Shown here in pieces: positions 26,452 to 39,298 of a stretch of DNA of 64,000 nt. The notes under the pieces were generated by a model, which did no database searches, was not told the origin of the DNA, and worked only from the letters and a program-made list of their open reading frames with translations. The stretch is from Octopus bimaculoides (Eukaryota). The DNA lies in the NCBI RefSeq assembly GCF_001194135.2, contig NC_068997.1, positions 6,713,387 to 6,777,386 of the forward strand, read 5' to 3'. A program made the translations under genes and the position numbers. The number at the start of each line of letters is the position of its first letter. Position 1 is the first letter of the stretch.

Positions 26452-28221
26452 AAAAGGGCAATTAAGGATTTGAAGACAGGGAAAGCCCCTGGTCCAACGG
26501 GAGTCACCACTGAGATGCTTAAAATATTTGGCAGAGTAGGATACAGTGTAGTGACCCATGTAGTTAATCAAATTATTCAGGAAGGTGTCATCCTCAATGA
26601 CTGGTGTTGCTGCATTATAGTCAGCTGCTACAAGCGCAAGGAGATGCCTTAGAAGTAATTACAGAAGTATCAAGTTGCTGGACCAGGTCATGAAAGTTAT
26701 GGAAAGAGTTATAACCCAATTAATTAGGAACAGAATCAGATTAGATGAAATGCAGTTTGGCTTTGCGCCGGCAAGAAACACTACTGGTGCTATTTTTATT
26801 GTCAGACAACTGCAGGAGAAGTATTTAGCTAAAAATAAACCATTGTACTTTGTGTTTGCTGACTTGGAGAAAGCCTTTGACAGAGTAACCTGCTGTGTAA
26901 TATGGTGGGCTCTGAGGAAGCTAGGGGTAAACGAGTGGCTTCTAAATGCCATACAAGTCATGTACAAAGGTTTTGTCAGTAAAGTGAGAGATAACCATGA
27001 GTATAATGATGAATTTAGTGTACAGGTAGGCATTCATTAGAGTTCAGTAATTAGTCCCTTCCTATTCATCATTGTCCTCCAGGCCATAATAGAGGAATTC
27101 AAGAGTGGCTGCCCTTGGGAACTGTTATATGCTGATGATCTTGCTCTTATAGCATATTGTGTAACAGAACTAGAAAAGAAATTCCAGGTGTGGAAGCAAA
27201 ACTTCGGACAAAAGGGCTTTAAGGTTAACTTAGCAAAGACTAATGTTCTAGTAAGCAAAAGAGCAGACAGGACCCTTCCCTCATCAAGTAAATGACCTTG
27301 ATCAACTTGTAGGAAAGGTGTACCCAGTGCAAGCTATGGACACACAAGAGATGCAGTGAAACCACAGGAAGGTTTACGGAGAAAGTATTTGTGTATGGAA
27401 GATGAACAGGAGCCAAAAGGTTTATTCATACACAGGAAATTGATCTTCTCAAAAGCTCCAGAGGCTCTCTAGAAGTGCCTAATTAGTTGTGCAGGTGGGT
27501 ATTCCAGGAGTGTAATTACTAGAATAATAGGATGGTGAAAATTCAGAGAGCTTTTATCTCTGTTGGCAACCAAAGATCTCTCTCAGGGTGAATTAAAGAT
27601 TGTATGATGCCTGAATACAAACAGCAATGCTACAAGTGGTAGTGAGACACAAGCCCTGAATGCAGAAGTGATGAAGTTAGTATGCTTCATTGGATGCACA
27701 ATGTCAGTGTACATGTGCAACAGAGCACTAGTGTGCCGAGAGGAAAGTTAGGTGTAAGAGGAATTAGATGCAGTGTACAAGAGAGAGAAGACTGTACTGG
27801 TTTGGTCATGTGATGTGAACAGATGTGGACAATTGCATACAGAAGTGTCGATCATGTAAAGTGGATGAAACTTGTGAAAGAGAGAAACTCAGAAATATAC
27901 GGGACAAAGTATTGAAGGCCAATCTCAAGGCACAACCTTACGAAAGAGATGACAAAGGACTGAGGAGATATCTAGTGCCTCACTGTTCCCAAGAAGACGT
28001 GTCCACCACAAAAGAATTGACACCAGTGCTAGTGTCACATAAAAAGCACCCAGCAGACACTCTGTGAAGCGGTTGGCATTAAGAAAGGCATCCAGCCATA
28101 GAACCCATGCTAGAACAGACAATGGAGCCTGGTGTTGCCCCTGGCCTTACCAGTTCCTGTCAAACTCTCCAACCCATGCCAGCATGGAAAAGAGATGTTA
28201 AATAATGATGATGATGATGAT
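26452..28221 (+). mobile_element. 5'-truncated RTE LINE with most of the RT domain, decayed
   Basis: KTGKAPGPTG; DEMQFGF; FADLEKAFDRV; GCPWELLYADDL; GHVM; stops and frameshifts present; (GAT)n tail. Confidence 0.95.
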
Positions 28222-29384
28222 ATATATCAGAGAAATGAACTCCAACAGGAGAAAATGCTTCAAGATATATATGCTATTTCTGAAAAAGTTTATTGTTTGA
28301 GTATATTTTTTCAAAATGTATAAACACCACAAATAAAAAATATGGTTTATAATTACTTATATTTCCTATCTATTCCCCCTGGAACCTAAATGAAAAGTTT
28401 TGATTGTATTTCATGACAGCTTACAGAAGATGATTTTAATGTTTTCCTTAATTTACTTTTTTTCCTATACAAATTAGACGGAAAAAATATATGTTCATGT
28501 TGAATAAGGTCAGCTGGAATATAATACATCACATTGCAGTTGGATCATTTGATAAAACACTATCCTAATTAATGCTTGCATAAATGTCATAGCAATTGAC
28601 TTTTCTTTCAGCTTATTTTGTAAGATAAATAAAAGTCATGAAAAATATATAAACCAGTTACAAAAATAAGTTTTGATATCAGAGTGCAAAATCCTAAAAT
28701 CACACTACAATGTCAAGATAGATTACATCCTGGTTGTACACTCCCAAGAACTCACAGAATCAGCTATGTAAGCTGTTCGCTGTTCCTGAAATAAAGTTTT
28801 AAAAATTAAACAAATTTAACAACACTTTATCAGCATTTTTTCTTGAAACAGCTGGTGAAATAACTAAATTACACCAATAGTATGAAAGGTCATTAAAATG
28901 TTTATCAAAGGGAAAAATCTAAGTCTTTGGCTATAAGAATTATCATTTATTTGGATAAAGAGAGGGGGGGTCAAAGAAAGTATATATGTATGAAGAAACT
29001 GTCTAAATCTACTTAGGGATACACCTAATTTATTCAATATCATTAACAATTATGAAAATCAAATATAATTAAGGAGGATGAGAAATGCAAAGTGAAGTCA
29101 TGATAAAAAAAAAAAATTAAGGAAAAATAAATCTTGCACAATCCTGTGCTAGAATGACCATAAACAAATAGAGAAGTGAAATTCTACTTAAAGATTCTTT
29201 AATTCTGAATGCTCTTCCTGAGTAGAAAAGCATTTATGTGGTGTAATAAGTGTTGAATAAGAATACAAAATACAATTCTAATGAGAATTTAATACTATGA
29301 TGCTAAGAGCCCATTTAGGCATCACTAGAGAAATGTTCAAACTCATGTATTACCAACTCATGCCAGCAATATAGAGACACACAA

Positions 29385-29525
29385 TACACATGTATGCATG
29401 GCTGTTAAGAAGTTCACTTCCCAACCACATGGTTTCAGGTTCAGTCCTACTGCATGTTGTCCGCTATAGCTCCAGGCAAACCAACACTTTGTGAGTCAGC
29501 TTCGTGTGTGTGTGTGTGTGTGTGT
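29385..29525 (+). mobile_element. SINE head fragment (59400 type)
   Basis: atggctgttaagaagttcacttcccaaccacatggtttcaggttcagtcctactgc. Confidence 0.7.
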
Positions 29526-29811
29526 AGGGTGAGTGGTTGGGTAAGTTCATACTTCTACAAGTGTGATTTTACACTGATGTTGCGAGAAGCCAGCCAACTG
29601 AGGAGCATCAGAGATGATTGATTCTCATCTGGCTTTGATATTTCTTGTGTTTTAATACAAGTCCGATAAGAGATGTTATCTCAGGACAAACACTGTAGTG
29701 ACAGGTCTACCAACAGTGTATATACATTAAGTATCACACACAGATGGCTATTATATATACATATATAAATATATATATAAATATATAAATATATATATAT
29801 ANNNNNNNNNN

Positions 29812-29856
<45 letters not shown>

Positions 29857-29999
29857 TATGATCTATGCATTTTAATATATATATCTGTGTGTGTGTGTGT
29901 ATGCTTGTCTATAAAATATGTATACAAACATGATCATTTAATATCCATGTGTGTAGTTAGGAAACATATGTAGCCAGGAGTTTACTTGCTCCATCCCCC

Positions 30000-30440
30000 C
30001 AGACCGAGACTTCTGGAGATATGCTGTGACTGCGAAGATCCAGCAAATAAAGTGAGTTCACATCTGTAACCTACACCAGTGTCACATAATCAACCCACTC
30101 AAAAGTACCTTGGGTCGTAGGGCGACATGCTGTGCTTGAGGAGACCTATTGAGTCAAGTACATCATATCAAATAGAAATTGTAGTTGTGATCCCCGTGCC
30201 GGTGGCACGTAAAAAGCACCATCCAAACGTGACCGATGCCAGTGCTGCCTTGACTGGCTTCCGTGCCATGTAAAAAGCACCCATTACACTTTTGGAGTGG
30301 TTGGTGTTAAGAAGAGCATCCAGCTGTAGAAACACTACTAGATAAGACTGGGGCCCGGGGCAGCCTCCTGGCTTCCCAGACCCCAGTTGAACCGTCCAAC
30401 CCATGCCAGCATAGAAAACAGATGTTAAACAATAATGATG
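30000..30440 (+). mobile_element. RTE LINE 3' end
   Basis: DRDFWRYAVTAKIQQIK*, then a 3' UTR with hairpin motifs (30195-30209, about 30233-30253) and the conserved tail. Confidence 0.85.
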
Positions 30441-30984
30441 ATATATATACATATCTTTTTATTCTTCTTTTACATGTTTCAGCCTTAAGGCTGTGGCCAT
30501 GCTGGAGCACAGCCAATATAATCACCCTTTCAATGGCCAATTTATGTGATTGAATTTTGGTGAAGTAGTTCAATACAGCAGCCCTCTCTTGAGCTTCTGG
30601 TCCTTGATATAGGTTCATCTAGAACTTTGGATAGCTAGCGGTCAAGTTGTTTCTGGAAAATATCTACCCCTACTCCCTGAAGATCCCTCAGATGTTTGGC
30701 TAGGCATTAAATAGAAGTGGGTCCTTAAATCACAAGCTACTGCAGAATATGGCCCTCAGTCTAGATAGGATAACTAGGACCTTTGGAATAGTGTAGTGAT
30801 GTCCAGTTCAGGGGCTGATATAGCTCTCAGTACCCATCCTTGCTCCAGGGAGTACAGTTGAAGCTCTTTCAGTCACTCCCAGTAGCTTAGCTGTTCCACT
30901 GATGCAATCTTCTTCATGTAACATTGCTGAACAGCCTCAAGTTCTGCTACTCTTTTATATATATATACACACACATAAACATAT

Positions 30985-31408
30985 CATCATCATCATCGTT
31001 TAACGTCCGCTTTCCATGCTGGCATAGGTTGGACGGTTTGACTGGGGACTGGCGAACCAGAAGGCTGCACCAGGCTCCAATCTGATCTGGCAGAATTTCT
31101 ACAGCTGGATACCCTTCCTAACACCAACAACTCCGAGAGTGTAGTGGGTGCTTTTTACATGCCACTGGCACGAGGGCCAGTCAGGCAGTACTGGCAACAA
31201 TCATGTTCAAATGGTGTTTTCCATGTACCACCGGCACAAGTGCCAGTAAGGCGAGGCTGATAATAATGCTCGAATGGTAATTTTTACATGCAACCGGGAC
31301 GGGGGCCATACAGCAGCCTTGGCCACGTTCATGCTCGGATGGTGCTCTTAGCGCTCCACTAGCACAGATGCCAATCATGCGGAGCTGTCATCTTTAACGT
31401 TTCGAGCC

Positions 31409-31410
<2 letters not shown>
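30985..31410 (-). mobile_element. RTE 3' UTR copy with three hairpin units
   Basis: Reverse complement of the tail plus units such as GCCAGT-caggcagt-ACTGGC. Confidence 0.85.
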
Positions 31411-31441
<31 letters not shown>

Positions 31442-32035
31442 GTGTATTTATATATATATATATATGGATATTTATATATGTGTATATATATATATATATA
31501 TCTATTTATATATATATATATATATCTATTTATATATATATATATATATTTATANNNNNNNNNNNNNNNNNNNNNNNNNNNNNNNNNNNNNNNNNNNNNN
31601 NNNNNNNNNNNNNNNNNNNNNNNNNNNNNNNNNNNNNNNNNNNNNNNNNNNNNNNNNNNNNNNNNNNNNNNNNNNNNNNNNNNNNNNNNNNNNNNNNNNN
31701 NNNNNNNNNNNNNNNNNNNNNNNNNNNNNNNNNNNNNNNNNNNNNNNNNNNNNNNNNNNNNNNNNNNNNNNNNNNNNNNNNNNNNNNNNNNNNNNNNNNN
31801 NNNNNNNNNNNNNNNNNNNNNNNNNNNNNNNNNNNNNNNNNNNNNNNNNNNNNNNNNNNNNNNNNNNNNNNNNNNNNNNNNNNNNNNNNNNNNNNNNNNN
31901 NNNNNNNNNNNNNNNNNNNNNNNNNNNNNNNNNNNNNNNNNNNNNNNNNNNNNNNNNNNNNNNNNNNNNNNNNNNNNNNNNNNNNNNNNNNNNNNNNNNN
32001 NNNNNNNNNNNNNNNNNNNNNNNNNNNNNNNNNNN

Positions 32036-32640
32036 CTGGATGCCCTTCCTAACGCCAACCACTTTGAGAGTGTAGTGGGTGCTTTTATGTGCTACAAACA
32101 CGAGGGCCAATCAGGCGGTACTGGCAACGGCCATGCTCAAATGGGTTTTTTCCTATGTGCCACCTGCACAGGAGCCAGTCCAGCGGCACTGGCAACGACC
32201 TCGCTCAAATTTTTTTTTCACATGCCACCGGCACAAGTACCAGCAAGGCGACACTGGTAACGATCACGCTCAAATGGTGCTATTTACATGCCACCGGCAC
32301 AGAAGACAGACATCTGCTCTGGCAATGATCATGCTTGGACGGTGCTGTTAGCGCTCCACTGGCACGGGTGCCAGTTATCAAATTTGGTTCAATTTTGATT
32401 TCATTTGCCCCAACAGGTCTTCTCAAGCAGAGTTTAGTGTCCAATGAAGGAAAGGTACGCATAAGTGGGCTGGCTACACCCCTAGCAAAGGCCAAGGGTT
32501 ATGGTCTCACTTGGCTTGTTGGGTCTTCTCATGCACAGCATATCTCCAAAGGTCTCGGTCACTAGTCATTGCCTCGATGAGGCCTAATGTTCGAAGGTCA
32601 TGCTTTACCACCTCATCCCAGGTCTTCCTGGGTCTACACA
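32036..32640 (-). mobile_element. RTE LINE 3' end with four hairpin units
   Basis: RPRKTWDEVVKHDLRTLGLIEAMTSDRDLWRYAVHEKTQQAK*, then the 3' UTR; truncated by a gap. Confidence 0.9.
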
Positions 32641-32804
32641 CACACACATTCATACATACATATAAACAGAGCATGAAAGGCTGCTCTAAGATACATGGAG
32701 TATTTTATACATATACCTGTTCAAGTATCATGATGGCATGAAACTATCAGTAAGTCTTGGTTGTGCATTTAATGTATGTATATATGTGTGTGTATATATA
32801 TGCA

Positions 32805-32845
<41 letters not shown>

Positions 32846-32907
32846 TTGTGTGTGTGTATATATATATATACATATACCAATACATGCATATATATATATG
32901 TGTGTGT

Positions 32908-33802
32908 GTAAGTCATTTACACTGATCACAGTGCTCAACTGGTACTTATTTTCTGAATGGATGTACAGCAAAGTCATCATTGGTGAACTTAGAACTTAGT
33001 AAGTTGGAAGAAATGTTGCTAGGCGTTTTTCTGGTGCACTAACGTTTCTGCCCAGCTCACTGCCTTAATAATAATTCTGATTCTGACATAAGATCAGCAA
33101 TTTTGAAGGAAGGGAGGGGTTAATCGAGTATATACCCTTCCCCACCTCCGCTCAGTACTTGACTGGGACTTTATTTTATCAATCCTTGGTGGGTTGATAA
33201 AATTCAGTTCAGACTGTAAAAAGCCACAAGAAATTCCACTCGGCAAATTTCCCTATATACCAAAAATTCTGCTAACTTGCCACTTCAACAATAATAATAA
33301 TTCTTTCAGCCATCGGCATAATGCTTAAAATTTTTCAGGGTAGGTATAAGTCATTTACATCGATTCTAGTGCTCAACTTGTACTTATTTCATCGACTCCG
33401 AAAGGATGAAAGGCAAAGTTGACCTCAGCGGAATTTGAACTCAGAACGTAAGGACGGACGAAATGCCACGACGCATTTCACCAGGCGTGCTAACGATTCT
33501 GCCAGCTTGCCACCATAATAATTAAAATAGTAATAATGATTTCAAACTTTTGGCACAAGGCCTGCAATTTCGACCACAGCGTTCAACTGGTGCTTATTTT
33601 CTTCAGCCGAAAAGATGAAAGACGACCTCGGCGGAATTTCAACTCAGAAAGTAAAAAATGGACAAAATGACGCCAAGCATTTTATTTGGCACAGTAATGA
33701 ATCTGCCAACTTGCCGCTTTGATAATAATAATAATAGTCTTTTCTGTGGGCATAAGTACTTAATTTATCGATCCCGAAAGGATGAAAGGCAAAGCCGGCC
33801 GA
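32908..33802 (-). mobile_element. Head-to-tail array of five short tRNA-headed SINEs
   Basis: Copies at about 32908-33066, 33067-33286, 33287-33514, 33515-33720 and 33721-33802 (partial). Heads ggcaagctggcagaatcgttagcac; B-box-like gagttcaaattcc; core gcctttcatcctttcgg.gtcgat.aaataagtac; (TTA)n tails. Confidence 0.8.
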
Positions 33803-35189
33803 GGAGGAGGAAGAAGAAGAAGAAGAAGGAGGAGGAGGAGAAGAAGAAGAAGAAGAAGAAATTAATATAAAGATTATAATTTATTTACCAAAGTCTATAT
33901 TGCAAATCAACAAATCTAAATAGGTTAATGTAGAGAAGTGCAGCATATGTCGATACATTTCCAATTATTTTAACTGAATGAATGAAAATCAGAAGAAAAA
34001 AAATCATTTATTTATTATTATTATTTTATTTTTTGCTTTTTGATCGAATTTTAATCTGGTTTATTTAATGACTAAAAAATTCTCACCATGTGCAACATTA
34101 CAGACGTGTGTGCACGCAGTTATTTTGCTTTTTTTTTTGCATGATAGGAAACAATAAATTAACTAAAACTCATCTCATTAGAGAAATTCATAAGAATCCT
34201 TACATCAATGTAGAGCCGAGGGTGGCGTTAGAATAACATATTACCGATGTTAAATTCTCTGATAGAGACAAGTTAGTTGTGCTTACATATAAATAATGTG
34301 TGTTGGAGTTGCTTCATAATTACAACACACGAGTTCAGGGAGCCGTTGGGGCTTAACTGCTGCTCTTTAAATTATTCGGCAATGCTAGACTGAACTGTGA
34401 GTATAGAGCAGGGATACGTGACATCATGGCTAGAGTTATAATTAAATTTCAATACTAACAAAACAATTATGTCGCTTGAAACAAGTAAAAATGCTATTTC
34501 TTCTGTAAGAATGACAGATTCTGCACATCCAAAAATACGAGTAAGCGGCAGAAAAGAAAAAAAAAACATGAAGTCAATTCCAGTTGAAAATGATTCTGAA
34601 AGCGCCTTCAGATGTTTCACACAGCAGGTGCTCCTTAAATAGCTAACCTGCACTGTATATTATTTTACAGATATCCCTATTCAAAGAGATTTTCTACTTT
34701 TGAAACATTTGGTACCATTAAAGTATGTAACCTTTAATTAAATATCAAATATGCTTGTAAAGCCTTCTTCCTAAAAGCAGTTGCTGAAATGCGGATGCGA
34801 GCATAGTTTTAAAATAACTAAAACTCGCCAATAATGCCAAAGATTATGGCATACAAGAAAACTTTGCAAAACAATAAGAAATATTGTGCAAGGAAGATGA
34901 GCAAAGCGAAGAAAAGGATAAAATTAGGTCATATTAGTCATTAGAAAAGAGGCACGGAGAATGAATTTGTACTATTATACATTCCTACATAGTATCAACT
35001 GTTATTTGCCCCTACTACACACTAACGTTAATAACAAAATAATTGAGCTTTAGTCCCAAAATAACGAATGCACAAAAAAAATGTGTGTGAGTGGGTGGAT
35101 TAACTTGGATTTGAAAATACACAAATCACACGCGTAGATTGATGCATACTAAAATAATAAGGATAAAAGACTTCATCGTTTTCCTTCAG

Positions 35190-35234
<45 letters not shown>

Positions 35235-37572
35235 ATGTGTAAACTGTTAAATCTGTGGAGGAGACAGAACTGTTAATATTATAATTGACTAAAGTATCTC
35301 CAAATAAAAATTACATTCGACGAAAATCCAAGGCATCCAAGCTATGTTCTTCCATAAATTAAATATTTTGTTGAGAGAGAGAGAGAGAGAACAGTGCGTC
35401 AGATGGAAGTAGTAATGTAGACGACGCTAGTAGATTTTGAGTTAGTGTAGGTAATAGGGAAGTAGGTAGGTAAAACTAGCTGATGCGAGCTACAAGATAG
35501 AAGAAAGGCACCGGTTGTAGTCATCATACATACGGCAACACTACTACTACTGTTATAACTACTACCACAACAACTACTACTAATATTATTACTGCTGCTG
35601 CTACTACAACTACTGCTATTACGACTACTACTACTCTGCTTCCCTTCTGTATTTAGTCATTTCACCAGGAAGGAGAGCAAGACCGAACGTCGGTATCAGC
35701 TGATATAGCAGGAGAAAGTGGCCTTGTCATAGTAGCAGTATAGTTGGATAGAACAGTGGTCAGTTTATTTATTGGATATTTCCTTACAAGCTTGCCGGAT
35801 GAATATTAAAACTAGCCATTTTACGAAGAATTCAATCTCGGAAACATTATATTAACTACAACGACTACTATTGCAGTTTTGATGAAATAAAAAAATTGAA
35901 GACAAAATACATTCGATTTCTGCACACTTCCTAATTAGCTATTATATAAAATCAGTTCTAATAGAATGGAATGAGAGACGGGGAAAAGATATGGGAGAAA
36001 CGGTTGAAGCAATTCTCAAAATGGGGGATCAGTTTCGGTAGCTGTAAATCGATCCCTGTTTATGCAGAACATAGGTGTTTCACAATGAAATTTGGTTTAA
36101 TATAATTAAGCAAACTGATCTAGTCTACATACATATCAATATAATTAAAGATATATTAGAAAAATAACCGTTTGCTTAAAATCAAATTTAAGGAGTCGTT
36201 TTAGAGTATAAAAATGTATGAAGATAAGCAAATCTTAAGAGATAAATGGAGAGTTGTCAGTGGTTAATGTTTTGCGCAGACAACCCTCGCAAGTTCAATC
36301 TACAATGTACCTTCGCTCAATATCTTTACTTCTACCAATATCACGAACAATGAAAGCAAGGAAGAAAAAGATCATAGAATAATTCGATGAAGTATCTTAA
36401 AAGAATGGATCAACTGAAAGAATTCCTTGTTGCTGAGAAGATGATATATAATTCAATTTAAAGAGAAAAGACATTGGCAAGCGAAGAAATGTGAAGATAA
36501 GACACTTCACACATGTCTGATATTTAATATTTAACAAGCAAACGTCATATTGCTGGTGTTTTGCTATCCAAAGTCACACATAATAATTAGTCATTAGATT
36601 AATAGCATTTAAAGAGAATGGAAATCGATGACAAGAAACATCCAGGTCAAAAATAGAGGAACTGTTTAAAAACGAGATGTCAAAAATAATTGAAATTTTT
36701 AGACATATTTCTACCACAAAAATCACTGAATTTACAATACACATCCATAAGAATACACACACACACACATTATATATATATATATATATATAGACAGACA
36801 GAGTGTATAAAATATGGAATAGAATTCATGTTTGTATCATGTAATATCTGTACACATTGCACACCCACTAATAATAATAATAATATAATGCAGCATCAGA
36901 GTCAACAAGGAAGGAATCTGCCTATAAATCATACAAGTTTGACATTTTGTTTTCGATGGGCCCAGGGAGGTGTTACATTAGATTGGCAAAATGAACGACA
37001 TTTGGTGCTTCCACTCGACCGGTATCAGTAGAATTATTATTATTATTGACAAAACTTGTAAAGAAAACGTAAATTCTCTACGAAGCTGAGTATGCAACTC
37101 GGTTTCGATTCCTGGTTAAAAATCATTCAACACCATTTTCATTGCTTTTGCCTCCGGAAAAGGCATGAATGTCACACGATCTTTTTTGGGGGGGTTGCCT
37201 TTGAAAATCGGGGGCTATTTTGCTCTTGTAAAAATATTAATTATATAATTATCAAGGCTTCTCTTTATTTAAATATTTTCATCACAAAAATTATCGCAAT
37301 TGCTTTCATTTTACAAGGTTGCGAAAAACCATTTTATTTATATTTGGGGTAATATTAATCGAAATCCTCCCAAATAAACTGCAATAAAGCGTGAACCCTT
37401 CCTTCTCTGTGTCAAAGAGACATGAAAAGAGGGCGGCGGCGGAGAAGGCGGTGATAGCTACACAACAATGTTTTAATACAACGGGGACGGGCGAATTCTG
37501 TTCAAATATTCTTTTATACTTAGATATATATATATTTGATTTGCGATGATGAAAATGTAGAGTAATACTAAC

Positions 37573-37747
37573 CTTCAATACAAACAACATGTTCACGAAC
37601 TTGTTGTTGTATTAACGGATCCTGGATCGCTTCTATCAAGTCATAGATGGCATAGATACTGGGATGGACACTTTCAAATCGTTGTATTTCCTGACGAATC
37701 GCAAGAGAATTGCTCAAGTAAGGCTGTATTGGACTCCTTAGATTCAT
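37573..37747 (-). CDS. AGAP1: AGAP1/AGAP3-like (centaurin-gamma, CenG1A) coding exon 1
   Basis: Translates [58 protein letters not shown], matching the recalled AGAP1 N-terminus ([34 protein letters not shown]). ATG at 37747. Ends in phase 1 at donor GAAG|gttagt. The assignment to AGAP1 rather than AGAP3 is not resolved. Confidence 0.95.
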
Positions 37748-37859
37748 CCTGGGGTCCGTCAAATGTCATCTTCTTTCATTTAAAACCATAATCCGGTATT
37801 TATAAACAAAACAATGAGAAATATTTCCTGACAAGAGATTTCTGCATTGAATCAAGATG

Positions 37860-38790
37860 GCTTGGTAGTGGTGCGCATGCGTGTGGAAACTGTTGTAAAA
37901 ATTGGGAGGAAAAAACCAAAAGTACGGATGGCTAAATGGGAAATAAATGGACTCGTTAAAAATGTGTTATCAGTAATATTGTCACTCTCTGTGAGATGCA
38001 GGCATTAAATTAGAAGAGATAACAGACTAGGTAATACATCTATTGCATATATCCTGCTTAGATAATATGAATCTCTTTTTTTCCGTTACAATTTTGAATG
38101 TTTCGATTGACTTAATGATATCGATTAAATCTATAAAGTGAACGTTAAAACAAGTGAATATATCTTGTGTTGGTTGAGTATTTCAGTCTAGAGCAAATAA
38201 TCTAGTGTAATGAGATTTAGTTAAGTCGTCTAGAGGAGTATACGACTGTATTTACCTCGCACTTTCATTTTAATTGTTGTCTCAGAATAGTTCTGTAAGG
38301 TCATGCGCAAAGGTTAATAGCCTTACTTCCGTTAGTGACTTCCACAAATGAAAGTGATCCTTTTCGCGCATGCGTAGACGTGAACCAGACATACACAAGT
38401 ACTTCCTGTCCACCATCCCTGCTGTTACCATGACAACTGTTTGTCAAAACACGCCAGAAATGGCAACAATCTTATTTCTGCGAAGAATGTTCTTTCTTTT
38501 TCAGCGAATATTTCATTGTTATTGTCAGATATTTTTATTGACATATTTTAACCTTTCTGACTTATTAACCAAAATTTCAACAGAAAAGTCAAAATCTTAG
38601 CACATCCTTAAATATCATTCCTCGTCTTGACAACTTAGCGGAATATGCTATGCTGAGAAGCTCTAATAAGGCCGAAACATTTTAAATCCAGTCTACATTG
38701 TTTTTATTGTTACAAAATTTTGGTTAATTGATTTTTATGGAATTATTTCCTTCACTTATTGTTTGCAGAGTATAAGCGGAAGTTTTGTTA
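37860..38790. promoter_or_regulatory. CpG-retaining promoter region of AGAP, possibly bidirectional
   Basis: NRF1-like TGCGCATGCG 37872-37881 and CGCGCATGCG 38365-38374. ETS cores ACTTCCG 38325-38331, ACTTCCTGT 38401-38409 and GCGGAAGT 38776-38783. Directly upstream of the AGAP start codon, repeat-poor, CpG not depleted. Confidence 0.6.
38424..38437. promoter_or_regulatory. RFX X-box motif
   Basis: GTTACCATGACAAC fits the X-box consensus GTHNYY-AT-RRNAAC and lies inside the promoter motif cluster. Confidence 0.55.
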
Positions 38791-39028
38791 ATATCGGTTG
38801 ATCGAAGTTTTTTTTTAGTTCACTATATTACATGTGTGAGACTACCATATTGTAATTATTATGCTGAATGTTTTCCTGTAGTATTTTCTTTCAACGATAT
38901 TGTTGAAGCACACTATTGTTCAACATGCAAAAATAAGACAGGACGTCTGTATGTTGCCCTAGCCACAAACATTTCGGTCAGAACAAGAAATTTGGCCATA
39001 ATTATGTTTTTAAATAATTTACAAAGTT

Positions 39029-39067
<39 letters not shown>

Positions 39068-39298
39068 TCTAGAAACATCTTTAATTTGGCTGGAGAAAGT
39101 TTTATTATTTAGCCTTTCCCTAATTAGTTACTCACAAATATGGGTGATGACATACATATAGGGCAAATTTTTTAACTCCACAGCCTTACACTTCTTCGCG
39201 TGTCGTGGCTACAGGTCCTGGCGACCATAGACATTCGTTCCCTCGTGTCGTATACACGACACTTTTTCTTTTTTAATTTTAGCTAGCTAGTAAGACCG

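Larger units (their letters stand above)
2664..37572 (-). other. AGAP intron 1 (34,909 nt, GT-AG)
   Basis: Bounded by the two exons above; filled with repeats and assembly gaps. Confidence 0.85.

Noticed and set aside
31408-32260. Long ORF-track entries rich in YI/HT/RE/X (also near 49.4, 53, 54, 58.5, 61.1 and 63.1 kb)
   Set aside because: Translations of dinucleotide microsatellites and N gaps.
35405-35660. Ser-rich open frame on the minus strand
   Set aside because: Produced by (AGT)n/(AGC)n low-complexity sequence; no start or splice support.
37748-37762. ORF-track N-terminal extension MTDPR
   Set aside because: It starts at TTG; the first in-frame ATG that matches homologues is 37747.
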